Source of the DNA: Takakia lepidozioides
Lineage: Eukaryota > Plantae > Bryophyta
NCBI GenBank assembly: GCA_030704615.1
Contig: CM060731.1
Coordinates: 80,042,001 to 80,106,000, forward strand
Length of the DNA: 64,000 nt
Direction: 5' to 3'
Of the stretch, positions 48,481 through 63,371 are shown piece by piece. The position numbers were made by a program, and so were the translations under genes. Under the pieces are notes generated by a model. It searched no databases and was not told the DNA's origin. It worked only from the letters and a program-made list of their open reading frames with translations. Every line of letters starts with the position of its first letter. Within the stretch, counting starts at the first letter, position 1.

Positions 48481-51400
48481 ATAGTTCTCGAGGGAGGTAA
48501 AAAACAATTGTTAATTATATTATTTTGTTATGGACGTCATACAAAGTCACTGATGGCTGTGGCTGCGGCCCCAAAAGATGGGCCTGGCTTGCCGCTTCAC
48601 TTGACAGCTTGGACAAGGAAAATGGAGGATCATGGGTTGCGAGAACTGAAGAGATGTACGCAGTGAAATTAGCACGATGAAGAAAAGTGCTGCGTCATCT
48701 GGGTGATAACAATCAAGTGGGCCTGCTGCCCATGGCTTTCTAGAACTCAACTTTCTATAACTTAACTTAATGCAAAAACAGGCAGCCGCCCTGGCATTAT
48801 GTTGTGCGCCGCATTCATTCACGTTCTCGTAGCCCTCAAGTTACCACTACCAGCCATAGCCGAAACTCAGCGGCGAATGACAGAGAGGTGGATGCCCTCA
48901 AACTACTTTCATAACATAATGACACCGGAAACTGCGCGCTGAGGGCACGACAAAAACTCGAGTACCCATGTCTTGTATCAGTTTTTCTGCTGCATCAGAA
49001 ATCATCGCAAAAACATCCTGACAAAACCAGAAAGGTACAGAGTAAATTGAGCTGTTTGCCCCAGGTTTGAAAGAGGAGACGTGTGCTTAAAACTCAAGGC
49101 CTGCGGGGGAAGAAAAGTTAAAGTTTGTTTAGCGTCCAACGGGTTTTCTCTTTCGCAGAGAGAGCGGAAGCCGTAGGAAAGTGCAAGAGTGTCTGTCGAA
49201 GACACCCTTTCACGGAGGTGTTGGCCAGTTTGAGGCAAATTTCATGGCCAATCAGACAATTGTTCAGGCCTAATAATTGCTTGTGGGAGCCACTCTTCTA
49301 TCATGGGACAGCCCAAGACTGAGGGATGTTGGTTGCAGACCAGCAATCCCAAGGTTCATTTTCGCCCTTGGCCTCCGGGAGGATTCCAGTCGGAGCCAAC
49401 CCTGTCACTCCACCATCACCGCCTACACACCACCTCTATCTATCACTATGATTCATCTGAAACGTCATCGTTATGTTCTTTCCAGCTGCCCCTGGAGTTC
49501 GACGTTACGCAATCATGAGAAGATTAAAAACAACTCACAAACAGAAAAACAACAATCAGAAGCGGGAGGAAATTAACGTGGAAACTGGACGATTGCCTGT
49601 CTTCCTCACTTTGTAGGAATTCAAGATATTGTTTGAGTAAGATGAAAGATCAAAGGCATCATGGGATGACCCATGATCGAGCACTATACTACTATAGAAC
49701 GGAGTTATGATGAGCAGCCGGCCCCCGGGATACAACATACGGAGAATTAGATTATCGTACTACAAGTAATAAAGCCCCACGGTCTCGTCTCTTCGCATTT
49801 GTCATGGCAGCGCCAGACACGCTGACTAAGGTGCCAAGGACAAAACGACCCAAAGGTAGACGTACTGGTGTTACTCGAAGTACCACACTGAGAACCCCCT
49901 TCGTCCAGTACGATAATTCTGCTGCTACTCAATGCTCACTGCGCTTGGTCCCACATGCCCCTCGTGGGCAAGTCCAAAATTTGGGCTTCGGGAGCATTTA
50001 CCCTCTCTACACAGTCAGCGGGCTACTTTATTGTTGATCCAACACAAGTTTCGCAAGTGAACATGGAAGTTGGAAATGGCAGGACAAGTCAATTTTCTTC
50101 TCAGGTGAGGAGGAGATTTGAAGGGAGGACCCACCTTGCATTTTTAAAAGGCGTACTGTCTTCATGTGAAGAAACTACGTACTGTTTCTTTACATTAGTT
50201 TACTTTTTGGTGGCCCTTCAGGCTGTGAGGGGCTTCTGCTTTAGAGTCTGATCAAATCTACGGCTGAAGGCCAGTGAGCAGTTTATCTTCTCGGTCCTCT
50301 CTCTTGGTCAACCGTCCATTGGCCCCTCGATGAGCTGTACGTTGAGCATTAATTAGACTCTGTAACTTCGCTGGACATTAAACAAGACGCATGGATGCAT
50401 GCTAGTAACACTGCCTTGGTACAGTAATTTCCCTCATACCTTAGTCTCAATAATAGTAACAACGTTCCCTTCTCCAACTAATGACTCAAGGTCTAGAAAA
50501 GGACTCCAACCGATGCCTTGTCCTGCCTAAGTTATGAAAAGGCTGGGCCAACAAACTTTTCTCTTGTTAGCCAGTGCCCTCCCAAAAAAGCGCAGCCCTT
50601 TTGCTGCAAGACTGTTTGTGTGCTCGCGCTTCGTGGTGAAGGATTTAGGGGTCCGATTCGGTTCCCGCCGCTCGAGTCAATCCTGCCCCATGGAATGTGT
50701 GTCGTAGAACATCTTGCGAATGAAATGTGCAGCTGTGTCCATTTCCCAGCTACAAGCGTTCCACACTAGCTACCATGGAGAGCATCACACTTGCCTAGGA
50801 CTCGGCGTGGCCCTAAGTGACCCGGAGGTTGGCAGGAAGTGAGAACCTGGATGCGAGGACAGCTGAAGCAAAAGGATTGCAGTAGGTACATAGTTCCCAG
50901 GAAACTGCAGGTAACAAGAAGACGTCAGACCCATGTTCCTGGGGCACTAAAAAGGCGGTGGCAGTGTCTCTTACAATATAGCGAAAGGGCCTCCTGACTA
51001 TCATGGACCTTATTTACTAAGACTGTCCTGACAATTTATACTTGTGCTCTATTCTACGGTCCACCCTCTCTAACTGAAGTGTTCAGATTTGCTTCAGGCT
51101 ACCTATTAGTTGGGATTTTGGGTCGGGCCCGCGAGACTTTGTTTTGTTTGAGGACTGGAGTTTTCCTCATGTTTGATATCATGCGGGTTCTCATGAATAT
51201 ACAATCATCACATGTTTTGGTTAAAGCCTTCCAGAGAAGAGTTAACAGCATCTCACTCCCTACAAAACCACAACTTGGTGTTCATGGTGTTCATGGTTTT
51301 TCATTTTTCTGGAAAAGAGAAACATCCGGGAGACACACGAATCAGCCCTAAACTAACCTCTTTTCAACTAACCAGGCAAAGTCTATTATAGATTGGGAAC

Positions 51401-54400
51401 GGGGAGAAGATTATACATACTAGGTACTACACAGCAGGTCCATTTGAATCCAGTATAACATCAGTGCTCTATCTGAAAGCCAGTGAGCTACCAATGTGGT
51501 AAGGGAAAAAGGTGTTAAGAAAATTTTGTGAAACAATCATCTTTTTTTTCAGTAAATACCAGAGACCCCTTTGTAAATGTTAACACGACATGAATATAAA
51601 GACCATAAGTAGGCAAGAAATTGTTGCATGTGCAGGTCGAGCATTGGACTGTACAGATTGACTTCAAATTTTCGATGCAAGAGTTGCACGGTAGGAATTG
51701 GAAGACATAATAGATCTTCTTCTGCAACAGCTGCAATCAACAGACATTATGTTTTGCAACTGGAGGGACCGTAACGTTGAAACTTCATCTTATGACCCTC
51801 TAGAGTCTGAATGGTGGGTTCTGAGATTAAGAAAGGTTGGTTGAAAGTTGCAGTGGCAGTTGTCTCCAAATCTGACAAGTAGATCTGTAAATTAGCTTTA
51901 TGAAGACCGAAATGAGGGGACTGTGTGGCATTGGAGACATCTCCCTGTGTAAGATTAGACAGCCCTAAAGAACAGCAAAAGTGAGATCGATCCACGCAAG
52001 AAGGACGGCACGTGCAAAGAAGAAGCGGCATACGTCAAATGGCGCTGGATGGAATGTGGCACGTTATGCGCGCGCGCTGCGGCCGGACGTCGCATCTGAG
52101 CTACACTCCTGAACAAAACCAACAGTACAGCACGAAAGTAAGATATGGAGCTTTCTTCTTTCTTCCCTTCTTATGTGCATTTGACATGCGATGATACGGC
52201 CTGCAGTAACTTGCTCCAGGCTGGATCTTGTCGTCTGCAGTTAAGTTTTGTAAGAATTCATCAGCTCGGGCGGGCTGAAACATGCCGACTTGACATTTGC
52301 TGAGAGTCCCGAGAAATCTGGTGAGTTCCCCGGGAGAGTTTTTGATGCGACAGACTGACAGAAACACGTCAAAAGCGTCAGTTCATATGTGTGAAGGACC
52401 ACCCAATAAGTTTCTGAGGAAGTGCCAAGTCGAATTCTCAACCATATCTTGGTGCAGAGCTTACTTTCCACGTATGCGGCGCTCCACTCAAGGAGGTCAC
52501 AGGTGACATAAGAGAGTCTCGAGACTCGAACGTTGTGACTTGCGACTGTCTCGCTGTTAGTTTTGCGATATTTGTCGGCCACCTTTTGGGTTCTTACAGT
52601 TCAACTCGGCCCCACGAATGTGGGGCCCAGATCAAAAATCGGTCATGAATTGGAGGGGAAGCGCCCAGCACAGAAATATGAAATCTGAGGTCTGGTGGGA
52701 CCTGACGATGGCGGCCAGGAGGGAGGGAGCAAGGTCCATGTGTTAGGTGCCCAGCTTTCAGTGACGTCGCGACATGTTCCTCCAACCTGCAGACGTGAAG
52801 CCGTGGACTATGACGCCGTTAGAGCCAAAGGGGCAGCCGGGCTTTCAGCACCCCGTGGGTGTTTTTGTTTGGAACTGTAGCCGGGCTTTGTGTAGCGATA
52901 CTGTTGATGAGCGTCACAGCTTCCAAATCAGCCAATAGAGCACCACACTTCGAACCCATAAACAAAGAGCTGACCACAGCAAGCTCTAAATTAGATAGCT
53001 TGTCAGCCATGCGCTCGGAACTGATCCCTCTTTCAGGCGGATGGGACGGACACGAGGCTTTACATACGTACAGCAGCTGGGATCTGGACCTGGAAAAGTT
53101 TTCGTATCTCAGCCAAATCTGGCAGGGACTCTAATTCTGAAAGCGGTCGACTCTGTTATGTTTAGTAGAGCTCTGCCGTCGGTGTCGTCCAGTATTGCCG
53201 TGATGGTAGGGCAGCATTGCAACGTCAACCCAGTGGGGCATGCAGGAGGAACAAGTAAAGCGAATATGGAGACTAGGACCGTAACTTCCGTAAGCCGCAG
53301 CACTGGTGACGGTAGTTGAATATTCAGAAACCAGCTGGAAACGAGAAATCATAGAGACAAAAGAGACAAACATAGCGTCAAGCTTCTGACTCGCGGGTGT
53401 TAGTAAACATGTGCGTCTGAGCATTCCTCTGCGGTTTCTGCTGGGGCTCAAATCCTTGCGCTCCAATCTGGACCAACGAAAGCTCTATGGAGGAGCTGGC
53501 GCGCTTTAGCATTCACGTGCCATTATCCCCCAGGACCACCATTTTTGCTCTGTCCACCCGAGCAACAGATGTGTCTCCTGAGAGCATGCCTCGTACCTCG
53601 AGCGCCCCCACCTGTGACGACCGGGTCCCAGTTTGGCCAGCAGCTTCAAGTCCCAGACTCTCTTAAAAGGGCTTAGATTCGCAATGGATTCCCTTCCATT
53701 GAAAATCGGTAATACCAAATTTGCTGGATTGACATCTCTGGATATGTCGAAGTAAGAAAAACTCAAGCCCAAAACTCAAGCGCATCTGACTAAATCTAAT
53801 GTGCTGCCGCCTTTGAGCGTCCATATGGATTTCAAAGATCCGTTCCAATCTACATGTTTTGTAGCCTTGAAACCTTTTGAAGAAACCCGCATCAAGGTTC
53901 GCAAAGGGAAGTACTAGGACTGCCTGCCCACACTCCCATCATACTTGAATAGCTTCCATGCCCCTCTTTGAGTATAACAAAACAGCGGCCATGCCAACGT
54001 AGAAGGCAATCCTTCCACAGCTTGAATGTTCCAACCAGTACTGGTTCCAACCTCTAAAATGGCTAGGAAGGGCAGGGAAGGGTGCCGTGCCAATTTATAA
54101 GACGCTTGTTAAGTAACCCAATTTCACATAACATTTTTCCAGCCACAGCTCTGGAGGTCACATGCAAACATTCACCTCGTGTTCCTTATCCACCAGTCTC
54201 ACTCACCTTTGGAGGTGAATTCTTCACTACGGACAGGAGCTTTAATGAGGTCTGCAAATTTCGGCACCGAAGGCAGGGCCAACACATCATTGCTGCACAG
54301 GCATTTGGGATCAGTGTAAGGATGTCAGATATTCATCATGAAAACTATGCTGGATCTCCTGGTATAGTCAAGCAAGCAGTGGACAGAAGCCATTCTACGG

Positions 54401-57400
54401 TGAACAGGCCATCTGAATGTTTTATGTCAAATCTGAACAGCATGTGAGGCATGAAGGGAGAAATGCAGAGTCTATCATACAACTTGTATAATACCTATAC
54501 TCTGACACACAGTATTCCCCTATCCTTTTGTATGTTGGTGCTGTTGCCTTTCAATAGTCTTTGCCAAAGGCGGTATAACTCAACCCCTTTCTGCTTGGTG
54601 GACAAACAAACTCGGTTTGCAAGTTCGAGGAGGTCTTAGGGTAAATAAGTGCCAAATTCCATCGGCACTCCCAAGGAAGTGAATCACCCCAACTTTGTAC
54701 ATAGCCCTCTGATTCCTTTAATAGGAAATATCGATGAGGGTTTTCCTGAATGGGCTTTCCTCTAATGTACTAGTTTGTCGGTTTACATTGAGATTACGGA
54801 CGCTAAATTTTCTCGGTCAAGAGACAAGTACTTACAGAGAAAACGGAATTATACAAAACCTATCTTGCAGGCGGTTCAAATAGGTGCCTGCAAGACAGCT
54901 TTGTATTCGGGAATCCAACGGTGAAGAGGTCTTTAACTATGTGCCTTCCCCACTAGTTTCTATGGCGGCTAGTTTATATGCTGGTTGAGCCCTAAACGTG
55001 CTGGAAACGTGTCATTCAAACCACACCATAAATTGTTGAATACCTGTTGCAGCTTCATCAAAAAGGTAAGGAGATCCGCAACCTTTTGAAAACCTCAAAC
55101 AGCTTGCGGATCTCCTTGACAAGATAAGGAGATCTGCAAGAACTACTGCATGATCACATAGAAAGTAGGTAAGTAGGTTGGGTTCTCCTTCCCATAGAAG
55201 ATTGCGAGAGGTTTTCAGTGAGTGATGCAGTTAACATCCATCATGAAGTGAATCTAGAGTAACCCTAAGTTAAGTATTGTTGCGCAGCTTTTGCGCGGTG
55301 TTTTCTTCCAGATTACGGAATGCTCAGCTGTGCACTTGGAATACGTATTTGCTCAATGATGTCTAATCTTGGTGATTTGAGTTATGTAGGTCCAATGATA
55401 GGAAGGTCGGGCCCACTGGAATCCTATTTTTTCAAAGTGATCACAGCAAAAATATAGAAGACATCTGCACTATTTTTGCGACTGTGACTTGATGGAATGG
55501 GGAATAGGGAATGTGAGTACAGAGAGATGAGCGTAAAGGAAGTTAGTTGGGTACGTGTAGCTTTCATAATAATAAGTGTAGACAACCGTGCTGTACATGT
55601 GCATCTCGCGTCGCACGCTGAAGCTTATCAGTCCTTAACATGTTGTTGCGGCTTTCTGGGAGCTGTTATTCAGGGAAATATTTTATACAGTTTCCATCAT
55701 AAGTTGCCTTGCTCACATGTGACAGGGTTTCCTTGTGTCCAGTTGAGTACTGACTACTGACCCATTAAAGCTTCAGCCGTTGAAGTATCGCTTTCCTGCG
55801 TCAATTGCCATTCGGATGTGGTGGCTAGAAACTGTAATCTACTGTGTAGTTATGGCATACGCTCTCAAACCTCGGATGACAGCCAGGAAGGGTCATGGGA
55901 CATATCTAGACTCCGCCGTGCAAGGTTGGGAGTGACGCTTTACGTAGGTGCTACCCAGTCCGGCCTCCACACTGAACATCCGAGGAGTCTGATGATAAGC
56001 ACATTTGCATGGACCAAAACAGGCTCCATTTAATTTACAATAGTTCCGACAGGCGCCATGTTTCCACTTCTGGACCTGCTCTAGTTCCAACAAGCTCTGG
56101 AAGCATGGGGTCACCAACCAGGGAAGAGGAAATGCATGCATGCAAGAAGCAAATGCGTGGAGACAGTGACGGAAATGCCGATTGTCACGCGCGTTGAAAG
56201 GCCGTGTCAAGTGGCCTTCATTCATTGTAGATCTGACGTGCGCGCATCCCACGCAATGTCCGAACCCAAGGCAAAAGCGGCAAAAGCAGCCCACTTTTGC
56301 TCTGCCTTCATTATTCCGCTTGGCGTCTCTCTATCCTCATCAGCCCTTGCCCCCAACCCACCCAGATTCCGTTTGAGTTTCACTGGCAGCCTCACCTGAT
56401 AGCAAGCCAGCAAGCCTCTCTGCCATTTGACTGTGCAGGTCTACTGTATAACTTATTATTACCGCCCAACTTCCAACTTCGAAATTGCAGAGCTGACGTA
56501 CTGTCAGGATAGATCACAGGATAGAGCAAAGCTTATCAGATGGGCTAGAATTCCTCGAATTCTTCTCCCTCCCTGAGTAGGTGACACACTTTACCTGCCA
56601 CCCACATGCTTTTATAGGCAAAGGATAACATTGTACAGTCCTCAGATAGATAGAAGCCTTTGCGTGAATGTGGTAACTGATTAGAGACCTGCCACCTGTG
56701 GATCTAGTGCTTTCTGACGTGCGGCCCCACCATCTGACGTTGAGAGCCCCGTACTCTGCACGAGTACCCCCCCTGGTTTAATCCATCTCGCTCTACTAGT
56801 TTTGTCATTATGTGCGGACGCACTTCCCCAATCCTAACGTCTGCACTCTAGACTCCCGTACATACATACTGCACACCTGCACCTTTACTTATTGCTTTTG
56901 TACGTGTACAAGAATCCCTACTTCCTGTCCCATTTTGAGACTTGGAACCAAGGAACGAAGCCCAATTGTCTCATGGTCATGATCACATCAAACAATGTGG
57001 CCCCGGCATAGAGACTTGTAAATGTAGTATTCATTCAGTGGCCTGTAGATGATTCCAAGCTGAGAATGTGTTTTGGATAAAGCTCTCGCACAGTGTGGAT
57101 GCGATTCTTCACTCCGATCCCATACACTTTGGGGCGATTCCATTCTATACTCATCATCACCACCATCATCGCCATCGTCTTATGTCGTCTTCCCCGCCAA
57201 GGAACCACCAAAAGGAACATGAGCAATAAGTAGGCCTGCGATGGTCGTCTTTATAGGTGGAGTGATGTTAGGGCGCATCACGGCAAGTTTAGTGTTCTGT
57301 GCCTTGCAACTTGTGCGCTTATGATGACCCTCAACTAAAGCGCACAGCCATGAAATATGCGATGGCAGGTGCTGTGCTTTCAATGATTTTGTGAGAACTT

Positions 57401-60400
57401 CTACGCCATCCTCTCACGCAATTGATTACGCAATGACCATGTTTTGTATGATCACACCCATCTTAATACCCGCTTCCGAATGCTCAATAAAAAACTCTTT
57501 CATATTGTGAGCTGCTCAGTCCAGCAGAAGCTTAGATCTCACGTGAAATTAATATCACAGATGCCATCCCATATTAGTCCACTTGCCAACAGATTTGGGA
57601 TTCATAAGTTCGCCACTCTGGAGATTCCTCCCACACCACTTCCATCCATCTCAACTCTACAACAGATCTCAACTCCTAGACTCCCAAATCTCGTGCAAAA
57701 ATCAGTTGCCATGAATTCGCTGCGCTGCTTCATTTCCACTCTCACCCAATTCAACCAAGAATTGTGGGTCTTCTGATTTCTGGCTTGCGGTTGAGGCACG
57801 AGGGAGCTGAGGTCCTTGGATAGATTCATACGCTGCCGCACTGGGGCTGATCCTTGATTACTACAATTGTAAGGAGACAAATAATGAAATACAGGGTACT
57901 TCAAGGTAAACTATTTTGTTCCTTTCACTGTCCAGCCATCTCCCTCCACTACCATCCACAACCGCTGCTAACTTAGCCTACCGCTCTCCTCTTTTCTCGA
58001 CTCCTTCACTAACGTAGTACGAGTTCCTTGTGACGGATCATACTTTTGGACGCAATCGGCGGAGCAACGGGCCTACACAAAGATGCCCACAAGCATGTGC
58101 ACGCATGCCCGGAATTACCTTCACAGAGGTTCCCCGTGCGGATAACTGTAAAGCGGATGGCCCCACGGGCATTCGCACGTCGGGCCACGCCATCACGAAC
58201 TGAACTGGCAGGCGTCCCTGCCCGTTGCCGGTGCCGGAGGCAGGCGCCGGTCACGGGGCTGCCCGGAATATGGGCTGCTACGTAGAGGCTTGCTCTCCGT
58301 ATCCAGCAGGTAGGTGGGTAGTCGTTAGGCATATCCTGTATTTCCTTTGTATCCTTGCAGTCTTAAGCCTGAGACTTTACTTGAGCAAGCTTTTTAAGTC
58401 GCTCCGGTCATGCCTAGATTTTTGCGATTAGCAACGGGCAGGTGGTTGCATACTTTTTCGGAACTTTTTGGTTTCCCGAGAAGAAGAGTGACGCGAGCGG
58501 AGGTGATGAGAAGACAAAGACAATGCAATGCTAGACAAAGTTTTGGTTCTGACTCGGAATGGAAAAAAGATAGGAAAGTCACTTCGACATGATGACACCT
58601 ATCCGAACTGTACTGTACAATACGGGATAGTATTATAACGGAGTATTATTCTGTGTATTGCGAGGTTAGTGAAGGAGGTGACTGAAGGAGGCGTGGTTAA
58701 GAGCGAGGGATGTGACTAAACAAGTGACTAAAAGGCCCATAATTACGCAACGGCCACCGACGACGGAGCTCAGCGCACGCTTCCCACGCCCGCTCGCTCT
58801 ATCCCTTTCTCTCTCGCAAACTGGGCTTTGGTTTTGTGAGGGGAGGGGCAGCGATGCCTCCCCCGTGTAGAGCATTCGTGTGGGAGAGGGTGGCGGATCC
58901 ATGGATGGACAGTGGGAGCGAGGGGAGAAGGCGCATGCGGAAGTGGGCAACTCTTGCTGGTGATGCTGCAGCTGATTGATTCTGGATGCTTCGGGTCTGG
59001 ATTAATGGCAGCATAGTCTCCTAGATCTGCAATAGATTGACCCCAGTCCATCTCTCGGATTTCCAAGCCTGCTGCCTCAATGTTGGGCCTCCTCTCCTGC
59101 ACAATCCGTTTCCTTTTTATTTGTGTGCTGCGAGCTTTAGGCACTACCAGGTTGCTTGCACCCCTGGTGACCCGTATCTTGATTCTGGAGCCATTGACTG
59201 AGGTGAGCTTAGGGAGCACATGTTTCCGGCAGTTCTCCGAAATTGGGCCACGAGAAGAGATTGCACTGACCCATATTCCCCAGCGCAGCCGCTGAATTTC
59301 TGTCTCTTGAGCAGTGATTGAGGTGCTTTCCAGCATGTACAAGAAAAGAAACAACAGCCAATGGGGAGGGGTGGGCTTAAAAATCACAAAGTCATTAGCT
59401 TCCCCCGTCATGCAGACTAGTGTTAGTGTAGTCCCTTTTGCGAGAGATATCTGTGTCCTGCTCGCCGTCAAAATTTACTGTGACTAGTTCGATTTGTTAG
59501 CAAATTCTTCCAATTTTGTGATTGGAGAAACATGTACGTGAACTGTCAGATGAAGTGGCGACACCGAGTATCCTCGTCTTGGGTCCAGAATTCCAAATGG
59601 CGATTCTAGTACCGTACGAAGGAAGTTGAATTGCACATTTAGCAAGCTATGGGTTGGCAGGGGCGCTAATTTGCTGCGGTTCCTGTTTGATGGATTTGAA
59701 AAGTTTATGTAAGGCATCAATGAGAGGACTGTGCTGGAAACATCAGATGCGGAAGTAAGCGCGCACAGGGGGGATGTCTATGGTGAATCAAACGTACAGG
59801 ACGATTGCGTGAAGAAGTCATCGTCATAGTCTAGTCGACAAATTTGGGGCACGTGGTGGAGCAACAGCTTGAAATGAGATTGTAGGAGCTTGTATGTGGA
59901 CAGGGGGGAATCAGACAAGGCGGGTTCACTAGTCAGCTGGGAGCCTGATGAGTGCGAGCATTACATGGCCGCTGAGTGCCCTTCACGTCAATCTACAGCA
60001 TGTGGAAACAAGGGCAGATGGTGGGATGGCTCAGCTGTGCTGCTCTCTCATCTTCAAGTCAAAGGAATGATTTCGACGTCAGCTACGGATCCGATCGCAT
60101 CCTCAGCTCCGGTCACATTCACCTGTATGTATATATTCAAATACATACTTTTCAACAATTGTCTCTGTGTTCTCATTGTTTCAAATTTGAGGAGCTGAGC
60201 ATTCGATAGACCTAATACAGGTAGTCCTTCCAGAATCAATCATGCAGGTTGAAGGTTACAAGAGTCTGTTCTCGCCTTTGTTTTAGGACGAGGCCCTCGC
60301 GGATGGTTCCTCAGTTCGATAATTGCCTTGGTTAAATGTGCACAGCTTTCCATAGGCTTGCACTTCAGGAGCCAAATCAGTTTCTCTCCCACTATATCAC

Positions 60401-61147
60401 CCCAAGGCTATTGTCGGGCCGTTTGTACGTAGCGAAGTTATTAGTCCTTGGAAGGTGGAGAGCATAAAGAACTGGGAACTTCCACTTGCCTAGAATCGGA
60501 CTCAACACGGAACAGCTTGGTCCCGCAGAAATTTACTGAATGAAAGAGGTGAATCTGCGATTTCTGCAAACGTTGTGGCAAGTCTCATTTTGTAACCGAA
60601 ATGTTGCGAGTGTCATCTCAGTGAGCTGTATGCTCGATTCACACGTCTCTCTTTTCGTGAACGCGACTTGGCCCAAAGTTGTTATCTTCATATAATGTGG
60701 CCCGAGTTGAATTCACTTTGATATTAAGTACTGCTCGCATCAGGGACCTGTACTTGAGTGTTGATCGAATCCTTTGTGCTCATACAAAGCTTAAAATGAA
60801 TCGTACGTCGAAAGGTCTTCTTTTTATTGAGATCCAAGCGCCTGTCCGTTGACACAGCCCTCGAGAAGCTTGATGAGTGAAAATGGCTAAAAACCGGTCC
60901 TATGTGGTTAGGCGTGTCTTTAAATGAGGAGCCCAAAATATAAGATCTTGGCCAGATTCTATGTACTCTCTGAGCAGACAGCTGAATGGTCTTCCATGAC
61001 AGTTGTAAGATTGAGAGAGAAGACATCTCAATAGAGGGACAGATCAGTGGGTATTGCACCGGTCGAGAACCAGTTGATTGCAATTACTGCTGCAAAACAC
61101 GCATGGAGCTTTCTAACGTTGGCCAGACGTAGTCTTGATTCATGCAG

Positions 61148-63371
61148 GTTTGCACAGATTGGCTGTCAGTCGAAGGGACAACCCAGTAGCGAGCTAGTAT
61201 CTAGCACTTCTGCCAGTGAGCTATCTAGAAACGATGACACAAAGGAAGAAGGTGATTTATGCTCCACAACGCCAGCACGGCATTGGATCTTAGAACAGGT
61301 GGATGGGAGAAGTTTCTTTCAAAAAGTCAAGGGACCAGCCAGGACATCCATGTCAGCGCCAGATATCCGTCCTCTGAAGATTGAATCTACCAGGCCTGAG
61401 CTTAAATTTCAATGTGTGAAGAAGGAAAATTTCCAGCTTGATGACATGCAGACTCTAAGCTCGCTCGACCGCACCTGTGTTGAAGCAGCCAATGCCAGTG
61501 CACTTTCTGTTGGGAATGCCCATTTCATGAACTATTGGCCACAGGCCAAGAAGAGGAAAGTGCTCAAAGGGAGGAGCATTGCAATTCAAGAGACTCAATA
61601 TAGTGCTGGTGGCACAGCAGATGAAAGGGATACTAGTGCCACTAACAAGACAGTGGAGTCCTTATTGAATGCCGGTTCTCAGACCCCTGAAATTTGCGGG
61701 GGTTCTGACCTGACTGCCGAGCACCATATGGCGGATCAAGAGAGCTCCAAATCAAGTACTGAGGAGGAGACTTCCGGTGCCTTGGCCAATGAAAGTGCAG
61801 CTGCAAACATGCCCAGCGCCCTCATATCTGAAGAGAATTTATTCCCTGGCCCTGCAGGCAAGAAACCCAAGGTGGAATTCCACTCTAGGGAGCTGGGTCT
61901 CCAACCCTTAGACTGTGAACCTCGTCAACCGGTTTACCATGAGACCACATCTGGAGATAGACCTGGCCGTGAGAGACAATTCTACCCGCCATTGGCATTG
62001 CCGATGGCCTTTGAGAAAGAGAGAGAGCTGGATATCAACCAGACGAAACTTCGATTGGAGAGTTCTGAGGAGCTCCGCTTGGATACAGATCCACAACTCT
62101 CTCATGTAAATTTGAGTTCCAAGGGGTCTGGTTCAAAACGAAGGTGGGAGACCAGTGGGAGTGACTCATGGTTGCAGCTGGGTTTAGGGACCTCATCGAC
62201 AAGTGCGGGCGAATCCAAACATATAGTACAGCCTTCTCAAGTTTCCAAGACACCTGTAACGAGGCCAGAAAGTGCAGATGTAGGTCCCTCTGGCAGAGAG
62301 GGAAGACAAAGGATAATTGGCACTTCAATCACACCAACGTCTGAACGCCAAGAGGCATCGCACGAATTGGCCGTTCAAACTAGTCTCAGAGAACAGCACC
62401 TATCACTTTCTCTGCCCCTTCGGCCAATTCAAACCCATCCCCATTATGGAAGTGATTCCCTAGGTAGAACAGCAGCTTTAGCAGTTAGTCCAGGGAGAGC
62501 TGGTTTGGCATCATCTTACGGAGCCCATGCCCCAGTAACACAAACAGAGAGATTTGAAGGTTTAGACGCCTGGGCTGGAAGAGAAACGCAAGGCTGGTTC
62601 GGACAACCAGTCGGCCAATTTTCAGGACCTATGAACACGAGACTAATACCTGTGGTTCCAGTAGTTCCTTTGCTGGCACGCACAATGGCATCTGCTACAC
62701 CTCCTGGCACTGGCAGATTTATGCATAGATCTGGAGGAGTCGGTCAAGTTCCAAGTACGGATCAAAATGTCTATCCACCCACTAGCTTATTAAACTTTCC
62801 TTTCCCAGAAAGGGGGCCACCTTTTGAACAGCTTTCTGGAGTAACAAGAGAACCAGCTGGAGCTAGGCAGAGTTCCGGAGAGGACATGCAAAGAGTAGAG
62901 TCTTTATTTCCTCTGGGTCCACGAATGCAAAGGACAGTGCAATCCTCTCATCCTCCACAAACCGCAGTGAATTGGAGGGCACAACCAGGGGCAGGGCCCA
63001 GTATTCCTCAGAGACCTCAAGCTTTGGAAAGTAAGTTGCCCTGGTCCGAAACCGCCGTGAGTACATCTACAAGGATGCTGCAGCCCAGAGGGTTTTTAGA
63101 TTGGAGAGAAGCTAGCAACGTTGTTTTGCAGAATGCTGCTTTAGAGTCACAGAAAAGCCAAGTGGAAGCACAGGTCCTGGAAGGAGGATCGTGGCCAAAG
63201 TTTCTATACAATGAACCTCAACCTCCCCCTGAGCATGTTCATGTGACCAGCCAAAGGATAGCGAGGGAGCTGAATCCACTGCCATCTGGGAGGGAGTCTC
63301 AACAACACAGAGCAGGACTGAAATGGACCTTTGAGAAGTCAGGCGCTGGTCCTCATCAAACGAGCGCTGTG
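61148..63371 (+). CDS. Large internal exon of a host gene; low-complexity, probably nuclear protein
   Basis: Lies within the 783-codon ORF 61047-63398. Acceptor TGCAG|G at 61147/8, donor GTG|GTAAGA at 63371/2. NLS-like AKKRKVLK and GKKPK; LxLxL motifs WLQLGLG and LSLSLPL. No folded domain recognised. Confidence 0.75.

Noticed and set aside
52860-54080. Possible decayed LRR gene (DSLPLKIGNTKFAGLTSLDMS at ~53685-53750)
   Set aside because: Only one LRR-like repeat amid many stops; insufficient evidence.
58001-58677. 13-bp inverted repeat CTCCTTCACTAAC / GTTAGTGAAGGAG
   Set aside because: It does not extend, has no TSD, and is compatible with chance in 64 kb.
58770-59471. 233-aa minus-strand ORF
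   Set aside because: Non-ATG start and no motifs; it overlaps the probable 5' region of the + strand gene.
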